This document shows positions 47,201 through 62,087 of a stretch of 64,000 bases of DNA, piece by piece. The notes under the pieces were generated by a model. The model worked only from the letters and a program-made list of their open reading frames with translations. It was not told where the DNA came from and searched no databases. The stretch comes from Tubiluchus corallicola (lineage: Eukaryota > Animalia > Priapulida). The stretch covers positions 310,001 to 374,000 of the forward strand of contig JAQGDQ010000143.1 in assembly GCA_030141605.1 (NCBI GenBank), read 5' to 3'. The first letter of the stretch is position 1; each line of letters opens with the position of its first letter. A program made the position numbers and the translations under genes.

Positions 47201-50200
47201 TGCATTATTAGTTGTGTTTTGTGAATTTAGTTTTTTTTTAAAAAGGGCAAAGCAATAGAATTTTGTCATCATAATAATTGCTTTTAATATTTTAATCCAA
47301 AACTTTAGTGAACAAAAGTGAATCAGAGTCAGCGCTTGTTTTCTTTTACTGTGTAGGTAACCTTAACTCATACATGATGCATTCAAAACAAGTTGCCACA
47401 AACCCAAATTTTGAAGGAAAAGAAATGAAATAATTAAGAACAAGAACAATTAGGCACAATTTTTATTGTGATTATCAATAATTAATCAATTAAAGAATTG
47501 TTCTTATTAGTCTGTATAATCAGGTAATGTATGAGCGTTTATATGAAATCTAAGAAAAACAAAATGTTAGTTCAGGTATACAGGTCCTTCATACGCAAAG
47601 TGGAGATTCATATCTCTCGAGACAGTCATTTATATCTCATTAACTTTTCCAATTCTTTAACAAGCCCTTTTTGACTGAATGAAAATGCTATTGATTAAAT
47701 TACATTCGTTGAACAAAAACATAGTACAACAAAATAAAAGCTTTCTTTCGAATAAGCGAATTTTCGTGCAACGAATACGATAACTTCATATGATGTGCTA
47801 CAATTAGACACAAAAAAATGCAGTACTACCATTATTATTACCTTCTCATTTCTTCTAGCCTATTTGAAGCAGAAAGTTCTGACCAGACGTTCCCCTTGTT
47901 TACCTCTTTTTCCAAAAATGAGAGAAAAACACAAACAATAGCAGAGTCTCTGATCTGTAAAGAGTAAAATTATGTATCAATTGTTCACAGTTAAGTTACG
48001 CTTATTTAGACACATTTTAATAATATACACCATTGACAGTTGCAAAAAATGACATCTCACCTGACATTTTCTGTAATTTTCGATTTCCACGTCGTTCTTT
48101 TGAGCTTTTTTCATCTCAAGAGGTGACATCATGATTAGTCGCTGTCCCTGTAAAATGTACACGTAATAAACAATAAAATAAAAAATACAGGCAAAAATAA
48201 ATAGTGGAAAACTTAAAGATTATGACGATTAACAACATTATTTGTTTGTGCTTACCTCCGGTATGCGGCTGAATATAGCTTGGCTTGTGTAATTGCTAAT
48301 AGAAACTACGCTGTGTTGATTGCTCAATCTCGTTATATCACCAAAGATGTCCTCGTAAGGTCGAAGTTTCACACAGTTTTCACTGTTACATCCGTTTGAT
48401 TGAAGATGTCGCCTCACCTCATCAGTTACCTTGTCATTGTCCACGTACAACCTGCAAGCATTTTGACAAGATTTCAGTACAGTTTCTCAAGCAATAGAAG
48501 AGATTTATTGATATTTAAATTCATAAGCCCATGGAATTAGTTCTGTTTTTAGGAGTTTGGAACTAAAACCAGTTATGCATTTTGCAAAATCAAATAGTGA
48601 TTTTTAAATTTCTTTTCTTATATAGCCCAGAGTTAAAAATCGAACAGTTTTTTAAGTTTTTTTGTCACTTACACCATATACTTGCCATAAACCATATAAA
48701 AATCAGAATTATTAGCAATCTCAAGACCTATTATTGATGTTTTATCATCATTTACAGTGCATCAATCATGTACAAAAAACAGTATTATCTTTCATAATAA
48801 CCTATGTATCAGTCTTGCTACAAACACTCAGGATTAAGTAGTAGCAACTGCCAGTGACTGTTTACAGCTTAACTGTAAGCAACTTCTATATTATAAAAAT
48901 ATAATAAATTGGCTATTAAAGTGAAAAGAATTCTGCTTTTAACAAAGTTAATAAGGCATTATTATAAATAAACCATAAATTTATAGCACGTGACATTTCA
49001 TAATTTTAGGATAATTACAAAAACAACAATACATGTTCATTTACACATTATAATACTTACAAAATTTCATTTGGAGTGACAATGGTGTAAACAAAGAAAA
49101 ATGGATTATATGCAATGTCCGAACCCCGAAGATTAAAAAGCCCTAAAATAAAAATTGGTAAATAGCAATTAGCATTCCTCTCAAACAGCTATAGGTCGAA
49201 AAATACTAAACGTTTGAGTTATAAAGAAGACTTTAAAACTAATTATAACCGGATACCAGTAAAAGAACTAGGTAAACTGAAAGATGCTGTTCCTTATAAT
49301 AAAATGCGCAATTATAAATAAAAATAATGACATACATGCAGACTCATCAAGTGGTGACACAACGACCATGACATCATTTCCGTGTTCTGCTAAATCTTCT
49401 CGCAGCTCTTTTACTTTGTCCATCCATGTTTTCCCTTTAAAGAAAATCAAAAAGACATTGAATGATAAGTTGAGGAAACATGGTAATTAAGTAAGAAGAC
49501 TATAAGAAGAGCAAAAAATAAACTAGCATTTTGAATTACAAGTCACCCAACACGGCCTAAGCCAACTTTTAGAAATTATTATAGTTGCTTTAAAGTTATG
49601 TACTTCAGCAGTGTTAGTAAATTAAAAGTAATTGAAAAGAAGCACAAAAAACTTTGTGTTTTTTATAAATCTAATTTGTACAAAAAATGAATAACAAAAG
49701 ATGGAGGGAAAAAATGAAGAAAGAAGTTTTATAGAACTAATAAATGAAGAAACATTTCACTTGAAAAAACAAATAAATACATGAAAAAAGTTAAATAGGA
49801 AAATAAAATTAAAAGAGAAATATATGTGTGCAATCTGAACGAAAATGAAAAACGATAAGGAAGATGACTATGATGATGATGATGATGATGACGATGGTGA
49901 TGACGATGATAACAATTACTATGACACTGGTAATGACAATTTACAAACTCTAATGATACTAATGACTAGAATAACGATCTTGCAAAAGTGACCATATGCA
50001 GGTCTAGTGGTTATTCTTTTGATTTATGTATGTTGAAAAATTAGAAAATTAGATGTGCGCAGTATTAAAAGACAACTGAAATAACAATAACATAATTACT
50101 GCCTCTTTCAGACAATAAAACATACCTGCATACTTAGTTGGGTGGACAATTATCTTCCCTTTTGGTGCATCTGGCCTGTTTGCCCAGATTATGTCAATCA

Positions 50201-53200
50201 AATTTTCATCTACAGCCACCAAATCCATTCCAGCACTTTGAAGTACATTATCTACCATTCTGAAGTTCACTAAAATGGGAAACAGAAAAGCTTTTCAATA
50301 AATTAACAAAGTGTGCTAAAGCTTGAACTAGTAAAAAAATGGAACAGTTAACTCACTTCTTAAAATGCCCAAAAGTACTTGTAGCCTTACCTCCGTATGT
50401 ACTTTATGTGAAGTTTAGTCCACAATGTGTATAGAATACTTTGTATTAAACACTGAAATAGGTTTCCATATATGTGTAGTACATTTCTGAAGACATAGAC
50501 AGAGACAACATTTATTCACCCACCGGGCATTTAACTGACAGCATTAGTATTAATACCTATCAGTGACTTGCAACTACAACTTACAACTATACAGGTTAGA
50601 TGCTACCCACAAATAATAAATAAGATGCAGTATATATGCCATGGCATTAAACTTGAACCAAACACTGTAACCACTAAGCGTATCTGCATTCTCTAGCCTA
50701 GACCACTCGACTATCGAACTCAGAACACAAAAAATTGTAGATTACCTATTTACAGTAATCTATCACTATAAATGTAATAAACTGTAATTAACTACTGTAG
50801 ATTACTAGTAGTGATATCTTATATGAGCAAAGAATACTTCACACATTAAACAAGCAACAGGTGTGCATGACGTCCAGTACAATATGTATTTAGGATTCAA
50901 ATTTATCACATAAACAGCCTGCCATTGAAAATAGGAAAACAGTAATCTGTGGCACATGCGCATTCGAGTACAAGTAGAATCGCTTAATACTCAAAAAGAG
51001 CCTCGACATGTCACACGTGATAGTCAATTTTAACAGTATATATATATAAGGGACTATGATTCTGACTAGGACTATAGTATTAAAACGCTGACGACAGTCT
51101 TATTTAGGTATTTGCAATGTTGGTTTTTGCAAAATCTTTAAAGTAACCCGTTTCAAATTTTATGGGTTTCAAATTTTAAGACATGCACACTACGATACTG
51201 TTAAAAAGTTATCCTAGTACATACAATTTCATAATCATGAAATCCCTGTAACTAACTTTATTGTTCTTGGTAATACCAATTCCTTTAGATAAATCCTATT
51301 TTGGAAGCTGTTTAAAATCAATCCTTACCATGGGAAACAAGTGATGGGTCAACACCTACTTTATCACCCGACTGGAGTCCAGCATTTTCTTCTGGATCTG
51401 TCAGCCATTCTTCTGGTGTAGCTGGATATCCAGGAATCCCTGCCAGTGAAAATAAGGATAAAAAATAAAAAATAATATTTGTTAGTACAAAATCTGTTTA
51501 ACACTTCAAAGGAATTCATTACCAGATTGTAAAAACCAGTAAACATCAGAGCCCTTAGTTCAAATGCACGCATTCCCAAAGACAGTACAAACAACCAATT
51601 ACTTAATACAGGAGAAATTAAGTAAGCGCATCAGCATAAGTTTTCACTATATTTGTCGTGAAAAATAGTTCTAACACTGCTCACAAACTAGAAACACGTA
51701 ACTAAATAAGTCACTTGCCAATGCCTATGTAACAATTTTAATTATTGCAATAATCTGCATAAGAAAACTTCGTTAATTCCATTGACGTGTAATAACCACA
51801 TAATGGCATTGCAAACTTAAACAAATACCCTTACTAATCTTACTAATTAAACGTTAATTAGGAAATTATTAAACCAAGCAAAAATATTTAATCATTATCA
51901 TCATTATCACTTAATTAACTAAAACTACGTATAAGGGATGACAAGCATGTACGACTGAGATCTAAATAATGACCAACTGAAGATCATCATAGGCTATTTA
52001 GCCACCATTCGGTTTCCGTATAGACTTATAACGTAAATATTGTATAAAATCCTTGAATTAACAGTTATTATTTTGTAAGTATGTGTATGTAAATATTTTC
52101 GTTGTTTAACTAACTCAAAGTATACAAATTACGTACAAATAAGCATATATTCCTTTATCAAAAAATAATTTTCTTAATTACTGTAAACACCTATAAACAC
52201 CTATAGCGATGAAGATCCTGTGACTGAGAATAGACATTAATAGATAAGTAAGTTCATTAATCAGCTGACTTGCCATGTAACCCAAGTACTGTACTGAAAC
52301 TGAAATGTGGGAAGTTTCTAAACAAGCAAATAAACGTTATAGAAGCTATTTTAACAGCACTACTTTACTTACCCTCTTTCATGAGAAGCCAATTTCTGCA
52401 ATCAAGCTCCTCATCTGCTTGCACAAAGTAACGCCCATCGGTGAAAAGGGCTGCTTTTGTCTGTGTAATAACAACCGTCCCTAAAAAAACAAGAGGTCTG
52501 TTAACTATTATTTAAACCTTTTCAAATGTGCACTACTGTGGTACATATGCGTTCATTTACAGGAAAGGCTAGAAACTTATGCTGGCACAAACCAACGATT
52601 AATTAAATTTTGACGCCAAACTTAAAAGAAAGGAAATGTGAAAAGTTGAAATACAGCATGGATTCGAACCAGGGACTATCCACTTACAAGACAGACATTT
52701 TAGACCACTGTATTTCCAAAGGATCATGGCAATCCAAATTTTTTCCATTAGAGCTGAATTTAACCAAAGTCAGCATATTTTAATTAACTGTTACATCATT
52801 ATTAATAGCAATCTTGATATTAAGACTATAATTAAAGTCAGGAATTATTTGAAACATCTAAACTTGAACAACAGCAATCATGCAATCATATGATTTTTAC
52901 AGTCATATAAGACGCGAATCAACATTATCAATTAACAGAAAAAAATTACCAAACTTGATACAACTGATATTAAAAGGGAACAAGATTTAAAATAAGAAAA
53001 AATGAAAAAATATGAACAAATAGATTTAGTACCTTTACAATTACAAACTAAAATGTTTTATAAATAAGAATTAAAGAATTAGTCGTTCCAAAAAACAATT
53101 TGAAAAGCAGTCAAACGCTGGAGTGTTAAATAACATAACTGGAGTAAGTCATAGTAAAATAAACTCACAATACCTGCAGACCCTGTGAATCCGCTAATAA

Positions 53201-53979
53201 ACACCCTCCTCTTATCATGCTCAGAGACATACTCGCTCAGATGAGCATCATTGGTTGGAACAATGTAAGCAGCTAAGCCTCGTCTGCGCATCAATCTGCG
53301 CAGTTCTCCTAACTGAAACGTGGTGTCTTTCCGTGATTTTGGATTAGGCTGAAACATTTTTGAAACAGGTTTATTATAATCATAACAAATATAAGCGCAA
53401 GTATATGAAACTACTTTTACTACCTTAAGCAGTTCACAGCATGACATTGGTAGCTTTCTAAGCCCTACATCTAAACGAGCTATGTCTAGTTCGATGCTTC
53501 CTATTGCTTTCCTAATTCAACGTAGGTAAGTACTTAATTGCTGGGTAATCTTACAAATATAAAATCACAACAGTGTAAAAACTTGTCAAACTATGTCAAT
53601 ATTTACTACATCCAAAATTGTGAGGTAAGGTTAATAAAATGTAAGAGGTGTTTGGCATAAAAGTATGTTTAGGAAAAATTATTGACGAAATGGTATAGTT
53701 CATATAATTAGCTAGGAACATGAGGGAGTATGTACAAGAGGGATGGTAATTTTCAGACGGTTATGCAAACAAATTAAATATCAAATTACAGCTAATTTTC
53801 TTAATAAACAATGTAGACAATTTTTCTGACTATACACTCAACATTATAACGATAAATTTATGAAAACGTATCATTGATAGATAAGTATGCCTTTGAGAAT
53901 CAACTCATTTACAATGTCAACAGCAATTTACAAATATATCACAAGTGTTTTTAACTGTGCAATACGTTTGTTGAACTTG

Positions 53980-54065
<86 letters not shown>

Positions 54066-55693
54066 AAGGTAGGCGGAGAAAAAGAAATTATACAGAAGGA
54101 AAAAGTGAATAAACAAAAATCAAATGAATGAGCAAAAGAATGACTATTTTGCAATACATTCATATTACCCAAGTAAACTGTCATAATTTATGAATTCGTA
54201 AGTTGACATATTCCTGCTGTCTACTTTGTTGAATTTTTTAATTATAATTAATTATAATACAGAACATGCAGCAAGCCAAAAAATGATAAGAAAATTTACT
54301 GTTATGAATACAAACTCAAAGCTATGTTGCATAACGGAGAGAACGGCATCAGCTTATGAACTACACAGAATCTACCCATGAAACAATGCTAACTGCAACA
54401 TACACCAATAGCAACAATGGCAAGGTTGCCATTAATTATTCATTATCACTGGCATCCTAATCAACATCATTTGTGCTTCAACACACTTAGTATTGTTAGA
54501 ATGAATCTTAGTTTCTATAATGCCAGCATGTCATCATCGTCAAAAGAGTGGTATAGTCCTTAGTGGTATGATCATCGTTATTTCGATCATCATTACCATC
54601 ATAATTAATTATTGTATTTCATCATTATCACCACTGTAAATAACTTCACCACTATCATCACGTTTCTATCACTTCTGGATTAATTTTTGCTCTTGCAGAA
54701 TGTTACAATTAGAATAGTAGACCTCGATCTGCTTTTATTTTGCTCACAGTTTACTTTTCGAGAGATACATGAAGCGGTATAATGATTATTTGGTAGTTGT
54801 TTTTTTAGCAAATTTTGCAGTGTTGTAAATGGAGAGTTCTGTGTGTCAACTGGGTCTAGCAATATTTTATATGATTCAAAAAGTGTAAGATTGGGCCTAC
54901 TGTTTTGCGTGACTCGAGTCAATTTCTCGGGTCAAAATTAACAGGGTTTCCAATTAACAGGGGAAAACCTGTTAATTTTGAAAGTTCTTCACGGAATTTA
55001 ATTATGCTTTTGTGTGAATTATATTTTTGAGCATTTCTCTATTTTTATTATTATTTTCTTTTAAAGTAATTTTGCAATTAACTACAAATAGCACTACTTT
55101 TTAAAGTAACAGCTAAAGAAAAAATTGCCCACCCTGCTTGAACTGCAACTGTCCCGATCATTTGTTGTCACTTCTCTTTTGTCGCGTGCAAACGTTTGAA
55201 TGAATTCTTCTTTTGCTACCAGTCCATTGCACACCAGTAGTGTATCTAAAAGATATTAAAATTATTTTATTCTAAAATTAAATTAGCTGGTAACAACATA
55301 ACAACAAATCCTACTACGATAAAAACAGAGTTAATATAAAAAGGGTTTATAACAAACTTCATATTAAGTTATACCTATACCTTTGTAAGTAATCGTTAGC
55401 AATGATGTTAGAAACACAGATGGGTTTAATTTCAGTTTAAGCGGTTCACTATTGCTTAGTAATAGTGCTGCATTATTGTCACGTAAATTAAAAGTGAGTG
55501 ATTTTATGAAACGATATATTAATAGTGCAAACAGAGAACCATTATTAACAGAAATATTATTAAGGAATCATTGTTAGCCATAGGTGGAGTATTTGAGGTT
55601 GGGCTTGACAATAGCCAGTTAGCTATATTAATAGATTGTGTAAATCATTGCTGATTTAGTTTTTTATATAGGTCTATTGTGTAAATATTATAT

Positions 55694-55753
<60 letters not shown>

Positions 55754-58700
55754 TGCGTGCGTGTGTGTGTGTGTGTGAACAGTAGTAATTATTTTTCCAC
55801 TAACCCAGTCAAATATTATAATTAATATTAATTTATTTACTAAATTTGCTAGCTATTAAAAAGTGTGCGGTTGTTTAATGAATTGTGCGAAATACATACT
55901 ATAAAGACAAAATATAAAGAAATAAAGATAGATAGATATAGCTTAGTATGAAGTTTGTTACGAACCATTTTTATTCTTTTATTTGAATAAAACTATTTAT
56001 TGTATGTAAACCTAACGGGGTTAGCATGCTTACTGGATTATTATCAAAAACGTACTAAAATTCGTGAGCCAGTCCCCAGCTTACCATACATGCGTCTCTT
56101 GTTCAAGTCCAGCATGATTGGCTGAGTTGCTCATAATTTGTCTGCATCTTTTTTTCTCCAGCTAATCAGACATTGCAGTACTTAACGTAAACCGTTAAGG
56201 TAGCTTTTCACAGTCAAGAACCGTAGTTGATGATACGAAAATGTTTTGTGCAAAAAAATCTACACGGCAACAGTGCATGGTTTCCTGAACTGTATCTATG
56301 GGTTCAAGAAGACGCAAACCAACAATATAGATGTGTTAATCATTTTAAATACATTCAGAGCACATCTACCCAAAATCTTTTTGTAAGCCCAACAGAGTGC
56401 GTCAGAAAGCTAATAAATACAGATACTGTTCAGCAAAAGCTTTACTGTAAGGTATCACTATCCCGAAAGGCAAAATATGTATCACTTAGTACATAAATTC
56501 TCTGAGCTTTATTCCAATATACGTAAAACTATGACTACCCAAACAAATTTAGTGTCAATATTTATTTTCAAGTTCAATTTACACCTGATTTTCAGTGTCA
56601 TGTACCTGATCATTGTGTATTTTATTAATTATTCTAACGCTTCTTCTTTGCCCAATGGCTTTCCTACAGTTTCTATTTTTCTTTATCAATTTATTTTCAA
56701 GTATGTTTTGTATCTGATTTTTGGACATTTTATCTTTCTTTAAAGATCATTTATATTCACTGGTTCTCCTATTCACTTCACTAGTATGGGCCAGCAGACA
56801 ACTTACTGTTTTCTTTATTATACCTTTGTGCCTAAACAAATATTATAATAATATGACATAATATAATATAATATAATATAATATAATATAATATAATATA
56901 ATATAATATAATATAATATAATATAATATAATATAATGTAATGTAATGTAATGTAATGTAATGTAATGTAATATAATATGGTATGGTATGGTATGGTATG
57001 GTATGGTATGGTATGGTATGGTATGGTATGGTATGGTATGGTATAATATAATATAATATAATATAATATAATATAATATAATATAATATAATATAATATA
57101 ATATAATATAATATAATATAATATAATATAATATAATATAATATAATATAATATAATAGCTATGAAGTTCTAAAGTGTGACTTTGACATAGAACATGACG
57201 TATACCTCATTACGCGCTGTAACACAGAGCCAAATAGAAACGAGGTAGCCAAGATTAAAACTGTAGTAGTGCCTGAAGGTATATCACTAAGTCTTAGTGC
57301 GTTGATCAGCAAAACATTTACGCACTGAAACGTGATATCAAACGAAAATGCTGCACTCGAGCAAGCAGCAAGACTGCATTATCAAAAATTATATGCTATA
57401 ATGTCAACATAGAGAGTAAACGTCACAAAATTACAGTCATTTTGATAAGAATAATAATGCGATGTTTGTTAAAACCAACCTCGTAAAATCACACTATTCT
57501 ATTGTCAGCAATATTTATGAAACATTACTGCCGGTCATTGTTAACCTAAAACTTAAACGTTAATTTTATATTTACTTCACGCGTTAATTTATTTGTTTTT
57601 AATACAGTTTGACATTCTGCAAGCCGGGACTCAATGCTCAACGGCCTGCGCAACATGTAAAGTTGTAGCTGGATCGGAATCTATTCCATGATCAACATGA
57701 TCTTCTAAGATGAAATACTAAATCAGTAGAAGTGTCTTAATGGCTTTCGGACGAATATTATGACTAATATTACTTATCGGACCTCGACGAGGTGACTACT
57801 CGGGGAGTGTATTTGTTATCATTATTGTAACTTTTTTAAGCATATATACATATAGTACATATGGATGTAAGTATATTTAAGATGATACTACTCAGTAGCA
57901 GGGGCGTATTTACCAATAGGCTAACTAAGTTGTAGCCTAGGGCGCCAGATTTTAGTGGCCTAGTGTTGAAAAAGTTCTTATTCTCCTCGGAAAAAACGTA
58001 TCCCTTCGTATTCATGATTATGAAGCGTGTGTTCTATAACATATTACAAGCAGTAGCTTTTATATAAGCGCCATTTAACAAAGATGACACAAAAGGTACT
58101 ACACTTCAAGGAGTTGCGCAGCCCACTTAGATACAAGTGCTTACAAACATAATTTACGTAATTATTAATTATCAATAACTACGTAGGACTAGGTAAGTAA
58201 TTGTGCAACTCACGTCACATATAAAAACATACATAAATCTATAAGAGAAATGAGCTGTTACGGCATAGTAATGCCCCAGCTCAAAAACTTTTTCTGGCGG
58301 TCAAACATCCATTTACTGATCCGACTCAGCGATACTTAACGTCGGTCCCCAAGCACCCACAGTTAGTTTTGTAGCACACCTACCGCTGTTTCGTGACTAT
58401 CTGCATGACGAATTACTGATTGACAGCATAATTTCTACAAGCACAATAAAAATAAAGCTGAAAGCAAATAATTGTTAAGCGCAATAAATTTATTAGCTCA
58501 TTTTAAATTTGCATTTTATTTTACCTTTAACTGTAGAACTGGCTTATATCTTGTACACGAAGAAAAAAGTGACAGAAAATAGCAAAAAAGTCAGTACTTA
58601 CAGGAAATATATATAGTTGTTTACTTTGTTTCTTGCTTGCTTCCTTGTTTGTTTGGTTGTTTGCTTGTTTGCTTGAGTACTTACTTTCTTACTTACTTAT

Positions 58701-59806
58701 GTACTTACTTTGCTGTCTTTCTGTTTTGTTTGCTTACACACCGAAATACTTCTTGCTTGACTATATGTATGCTAGCTTCCTTGCTTACTTTTCCTACCTA
58801 TCTACCTACTTACATTCTTATTTACCTAGAAGCAAGGCGGTATTTTCCAATTGTACTTAAATGCTGTATATAGTTATCAACAAGTTGGTCTCTAATTTGC
58901 ATGTAATTACCGTAACTGATGTCAACCACTGACGCGCCTTAAACTGACGTTTGAATGGCAATCAATAAGTGTCTTGAATTCTAGAAAATCTGGTAAGACG
59001 ACCACAGATCGGTCGGCAGACTCTTAGAAGAAAACCGTAGGGGAAAATATGTGAATATATTGATAAATGATTTTCGTTGGCCTAGTTACCTTTCACTTAC
59101 ACCAAAAACAGGTGTATCCCGAAAATGCATACCAGTTTGTGCACTGTATATAAGCGAGCAAAAAACCTAGGTGAAAAGGAAAATAGAAACTGACAGTCTG
59201 ACAGTCAAAAGATCTTAGGGAATTCTTGCTGCATAAAGAAGCAAACGCTTTGCAAACTATGGACTAGAACTTACAATGAGATCAGAAGCTTTTACAATCG
59301 ATATTATTAGGAATTTAACTATGAAATAATTATCGCCGTATTATTATGCGCTATAACTAGAATGTTCGTGAGCAAATTTTTAAAACATTTGTGAAATAGC
59401 AAACGCAGTTACGAAATTTTAAACTAAATACTCAAAGGACCTGTAAAGATATACTGGAGACCCCCGTTATTATGGTTCTATGCATCACATAATAGCTGTC
59501 TTTAAATGCATTTACTTTTATGGCCGCCGAGGTTTCATGATTACTAAGCATAGAGATCAGCGTTGTGTGGAAATGAGGGAGTCATTTAGCTCATAACCAC
59601 CAACTGAGAAGCTCGTTACAACCATTGTAACTAATATTACCTTATGTATTGGCACTAACAGAGAGTAAATTAAAATGACTAATTGGTAAACAAGGGTTGA
59701 AAGCATGCCATCCTTTCCACACAAATGTTCTACTGAAGAAATGCAAGAAATTGATTTTCCCCGGATATAGGTTGCTCTAATTTGTTAGTAATAGTCGTTA
59801 AAATTA

Positions 59807-59844
<38 letters not shown>

Positions 59845-62087
59845 CTTTGGTGTGAACATACTAACACTTGCCATGGAAATATTGTATTGGTTTGTGACGA
59901 TTTAGGATTGAGCTCACGTCTATTCTAATCACATGGGGGTTGTGCGGCAAAGCGGTGTAAGACATTGGCCTTGTAAGCGAACCTTTAAGGCTCAAATTTG
60001 TTTCCGGTTTTCGACACATTTCTTTTTCGCGTAAGTTTGAAAAGTCCATCAATTACAAACATGCAATTCCTCTTATCAAAGTACGCCAAATAAATTACAG
60101 GCTGTCTAATTTTTTCTGGTTAATTTTCAGGTCACATGCGTTCCATTTTTTACAGACTGCGGTACTAAAATTTCTCTGCTGATGAAAGTTCTTTGGCTGC
60201 CAAAATTAATCAAAACAGTTTTCCATTGGTACAGTTTACAATTTAAAAAAAACTTTTGAGAAGCTTTCTTTTGCACGACTTGCAAGACATCATTAAATTT
60301 TATCAGTGCTAGTATTTAGAATTTGGTTTAAACAGCTTTAATCAACTTTACAAACTGGACGTCTTATGCAATTTCACGCATATTTGCGCAATGTTTTTCC
60401 CATTGCTAAAATATGAACTTTTGTTACATTTATTTGGATTCATGATTCCTCCGAATACTTACTTGTTTATTGATGCGCTAATCGTTCTCTGCTTACTAAT
60501 TCGTTCGTTAATCATTCATTCATCCATTAATCTCCATTCGTTCATTCATTCATTCTTTCATTCACTCATTCATTCAGCCAATCATTCGTTCATCCATCAT
60601 AAGCTCGTTCATTAATTCATACATTCAGTCACCCATTTATAATTCATTCAGTTATTCACCCATTCGTTCATTCATCGTAAGCTCCTTTATTTATTCAGTA
60701 ATTCTTTCAGTCACTCGCTATAATTCTTTCATTTGCTCATGTATTCAGTCACTCACTAATTCATTCTTTAATTCTTTCGTTCTTTCATTAATTCATTCAT
60801 TTATTCACTCACTCAGTCAGTCAGTCATTCATTCAGCCATCGTTAGCTGGTTCATTTATTTAGTAATTCTTTCATTCGCTCACTCGTTTACATATTCATT
60901 TATTCATTCATCTTTCTATTTATACACTCATTCACCGGCGAAGGCTAGCCAGAGAGCTATCTAATTTCGGCGTGCTCATGGCTGTTGTCTACAGCTGCAT
61001 CGGACAATTTTTTAAAAAAATCACTGATATTTTTTTTAGTTTCCACATCATGCCCTTGTCGCACTGGACAGAATATTACCTGATTATCAAGCACTTGTCG
61101 AGCCGCATGTTTCAGACGCATTTAAACTATCAGGGATCCCGGATGATTCGCCGCGAAAGTGAGTGACACGTTTTACAACTAAAACACTGTTTTGCGTGAT
61201 ACCGACGAAATCAATTTACATAATTATTGAGTGACACGCTTCCCCCAGTGATTTCTTTTGACGACAACTTAACAAATCGGAGGCCCGAATTTTCGTTTGT
61301 AAGCCTAAACTAGAACAATAACATCCCTGGCTTCTATGCACAAACTGGTGCAATATAATAAGAAGCATATAGATGATGATTAAATCGTTTATTGGAGTCA
61401 CGCACATAACACTGTCTGCAAAAGAAAGTAATTGTCTTCACAACACGAAGGCAACCATTTAATATACTCTGCAATACATTAACATTAAATGGATTCAACT
61501 GAACTCACTAACTTGAGCACGCAATGCACAGAAGTCAAACTGAACTGTAGTAATGCCCACATAGCAATTAACATTCACTAATACATAAAAACACATAGTG
61601 AGACAAATAATAATTCTTGCAAATGTATCAAAAATACAATCAAACTATTCTCAAACATTACATCACAAAATCACAATTACAAAATATTGAAAAATGTGTC
61701 TTAAAATTACTATTTAATGGTCGCTCATACAAATAGTACTATTTTAATTTAGGCCTAATAATTATTAAAACCGTTATTAAATCAAATAAAATGCGTATTT
61801 TAGTGAGTTAATAAATATTATTAAATATAGCCTGCGGTTATATACAACATTTTATTCAGCTTAATGGGGTTTTAAAAAACAAATAAAGAAACTAATGAAC
61901 TAAACACCAATAAATAATTAACAATTCAGAATTATAACTAACGTCTGTGTTGCATGTACATTATCATGTAACGGCTCTTAACAAAAACGGCAACTTAGTT
62001 TACTAAATATTCAAAGAAAACTATCTTACCTGCGAAATAAATGATAAACAGTAGGAAAACCAAACTCCAACTCTGAGCCATGATCAT
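41235..62087 (-). CDS. Xaa-Pro aminopeptidase (aminopeptidase P, M24B), secreted/GPI-anchored XPNPEP2-like, about 717 aa
   Basis: Minus-strand coding exons 62087-62030, 55245-55133, 53348-53174, 52480-52373, 51439-51329, 50269-50126, 49434-49336, 49142-49061, 48451-48256, 48147-48061, 47954-47842, 46562-46413, 44890-44830, 43699-43630, 43481-43350, 42687-42566, 41916-41818, 41468-41235 (2154 nt, in frame). Motifs: [70 protein letters not shown]. The first two exons are inferred from phase and signal peptide; the exon-15 donor could be 6 nt further 5'. Confidence 0.92.
45657..45720. repeat. 20-bp minisatellite x3
   Basis: (gcagtaaccattttctttgt)-like unit repeated three times. Confidence 0.75.
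49868..49912. repeat. (GAT)n repeat
   Basis: Direct reading. Confidence 0.8.
50638..50714 (-). mobile_element. Decayed tRNA-derived SINE head
   Basis: Minus strand tagtcgagtggtcta (A-box-like), followed ~40 nt later by ggttcaagt (B-box-like). Confidence 0.4.
52648..52716 (-). pseudogene. tRNA-like pseudogene or tRNA-derived SINE head (Thr-TGT-like loop)
   Basis: Minus strand gaaatacagtggtctaaaatgtctgtcttgtaagtggatagtccctggttcgaatccatgctgtatttc: perfect B box GGTTCGAATCC, partial A box, complementary ends, CTTGTAA loop; the D-arm 5' strand is missing. Confidence 0.55.
53985..54062. repeat. (GA)n microsatellite
   Basis: Direct reading. Confidence 0.95.
55695..55777. repeat. Compound (TA)n(GT)n(GCGT)n(GT)n microsatellite
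   Basis: Direct reading; continuous purine-pyrimidine alternation. Confidence 0.95.
56858..57157. repeat. Compound pentanucleotide microsatellite (AATAT/AATGT/GGTAT)n
   Basis: About 300 bp of perfect 5-bp periodicity. Confidence 0.95.
58620..58830. repeat. Degenerate (CTTG/CTTA/CCTA)n tetranucleotide tract
   Basis: Direct reading. Confidence 0.7.
60510..60935. repeat. Degenerate (CATT)n tetranucleotide tract
   Basis: Direct reading. Confidence 0.8.

Noticed and set aside
54936-54980. Inverted repeat aaaattaacagg/cctgttaatttt as a regulatory RNA
   Set aside because: More simply a fragment of a DNA-transposon subterminal repeat; boundaries cannot be defined.
57899-58280. MITE starting caggggcgta
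   Set aside because: Candidate right end (atgccccagc) too degenerate; no TSD.
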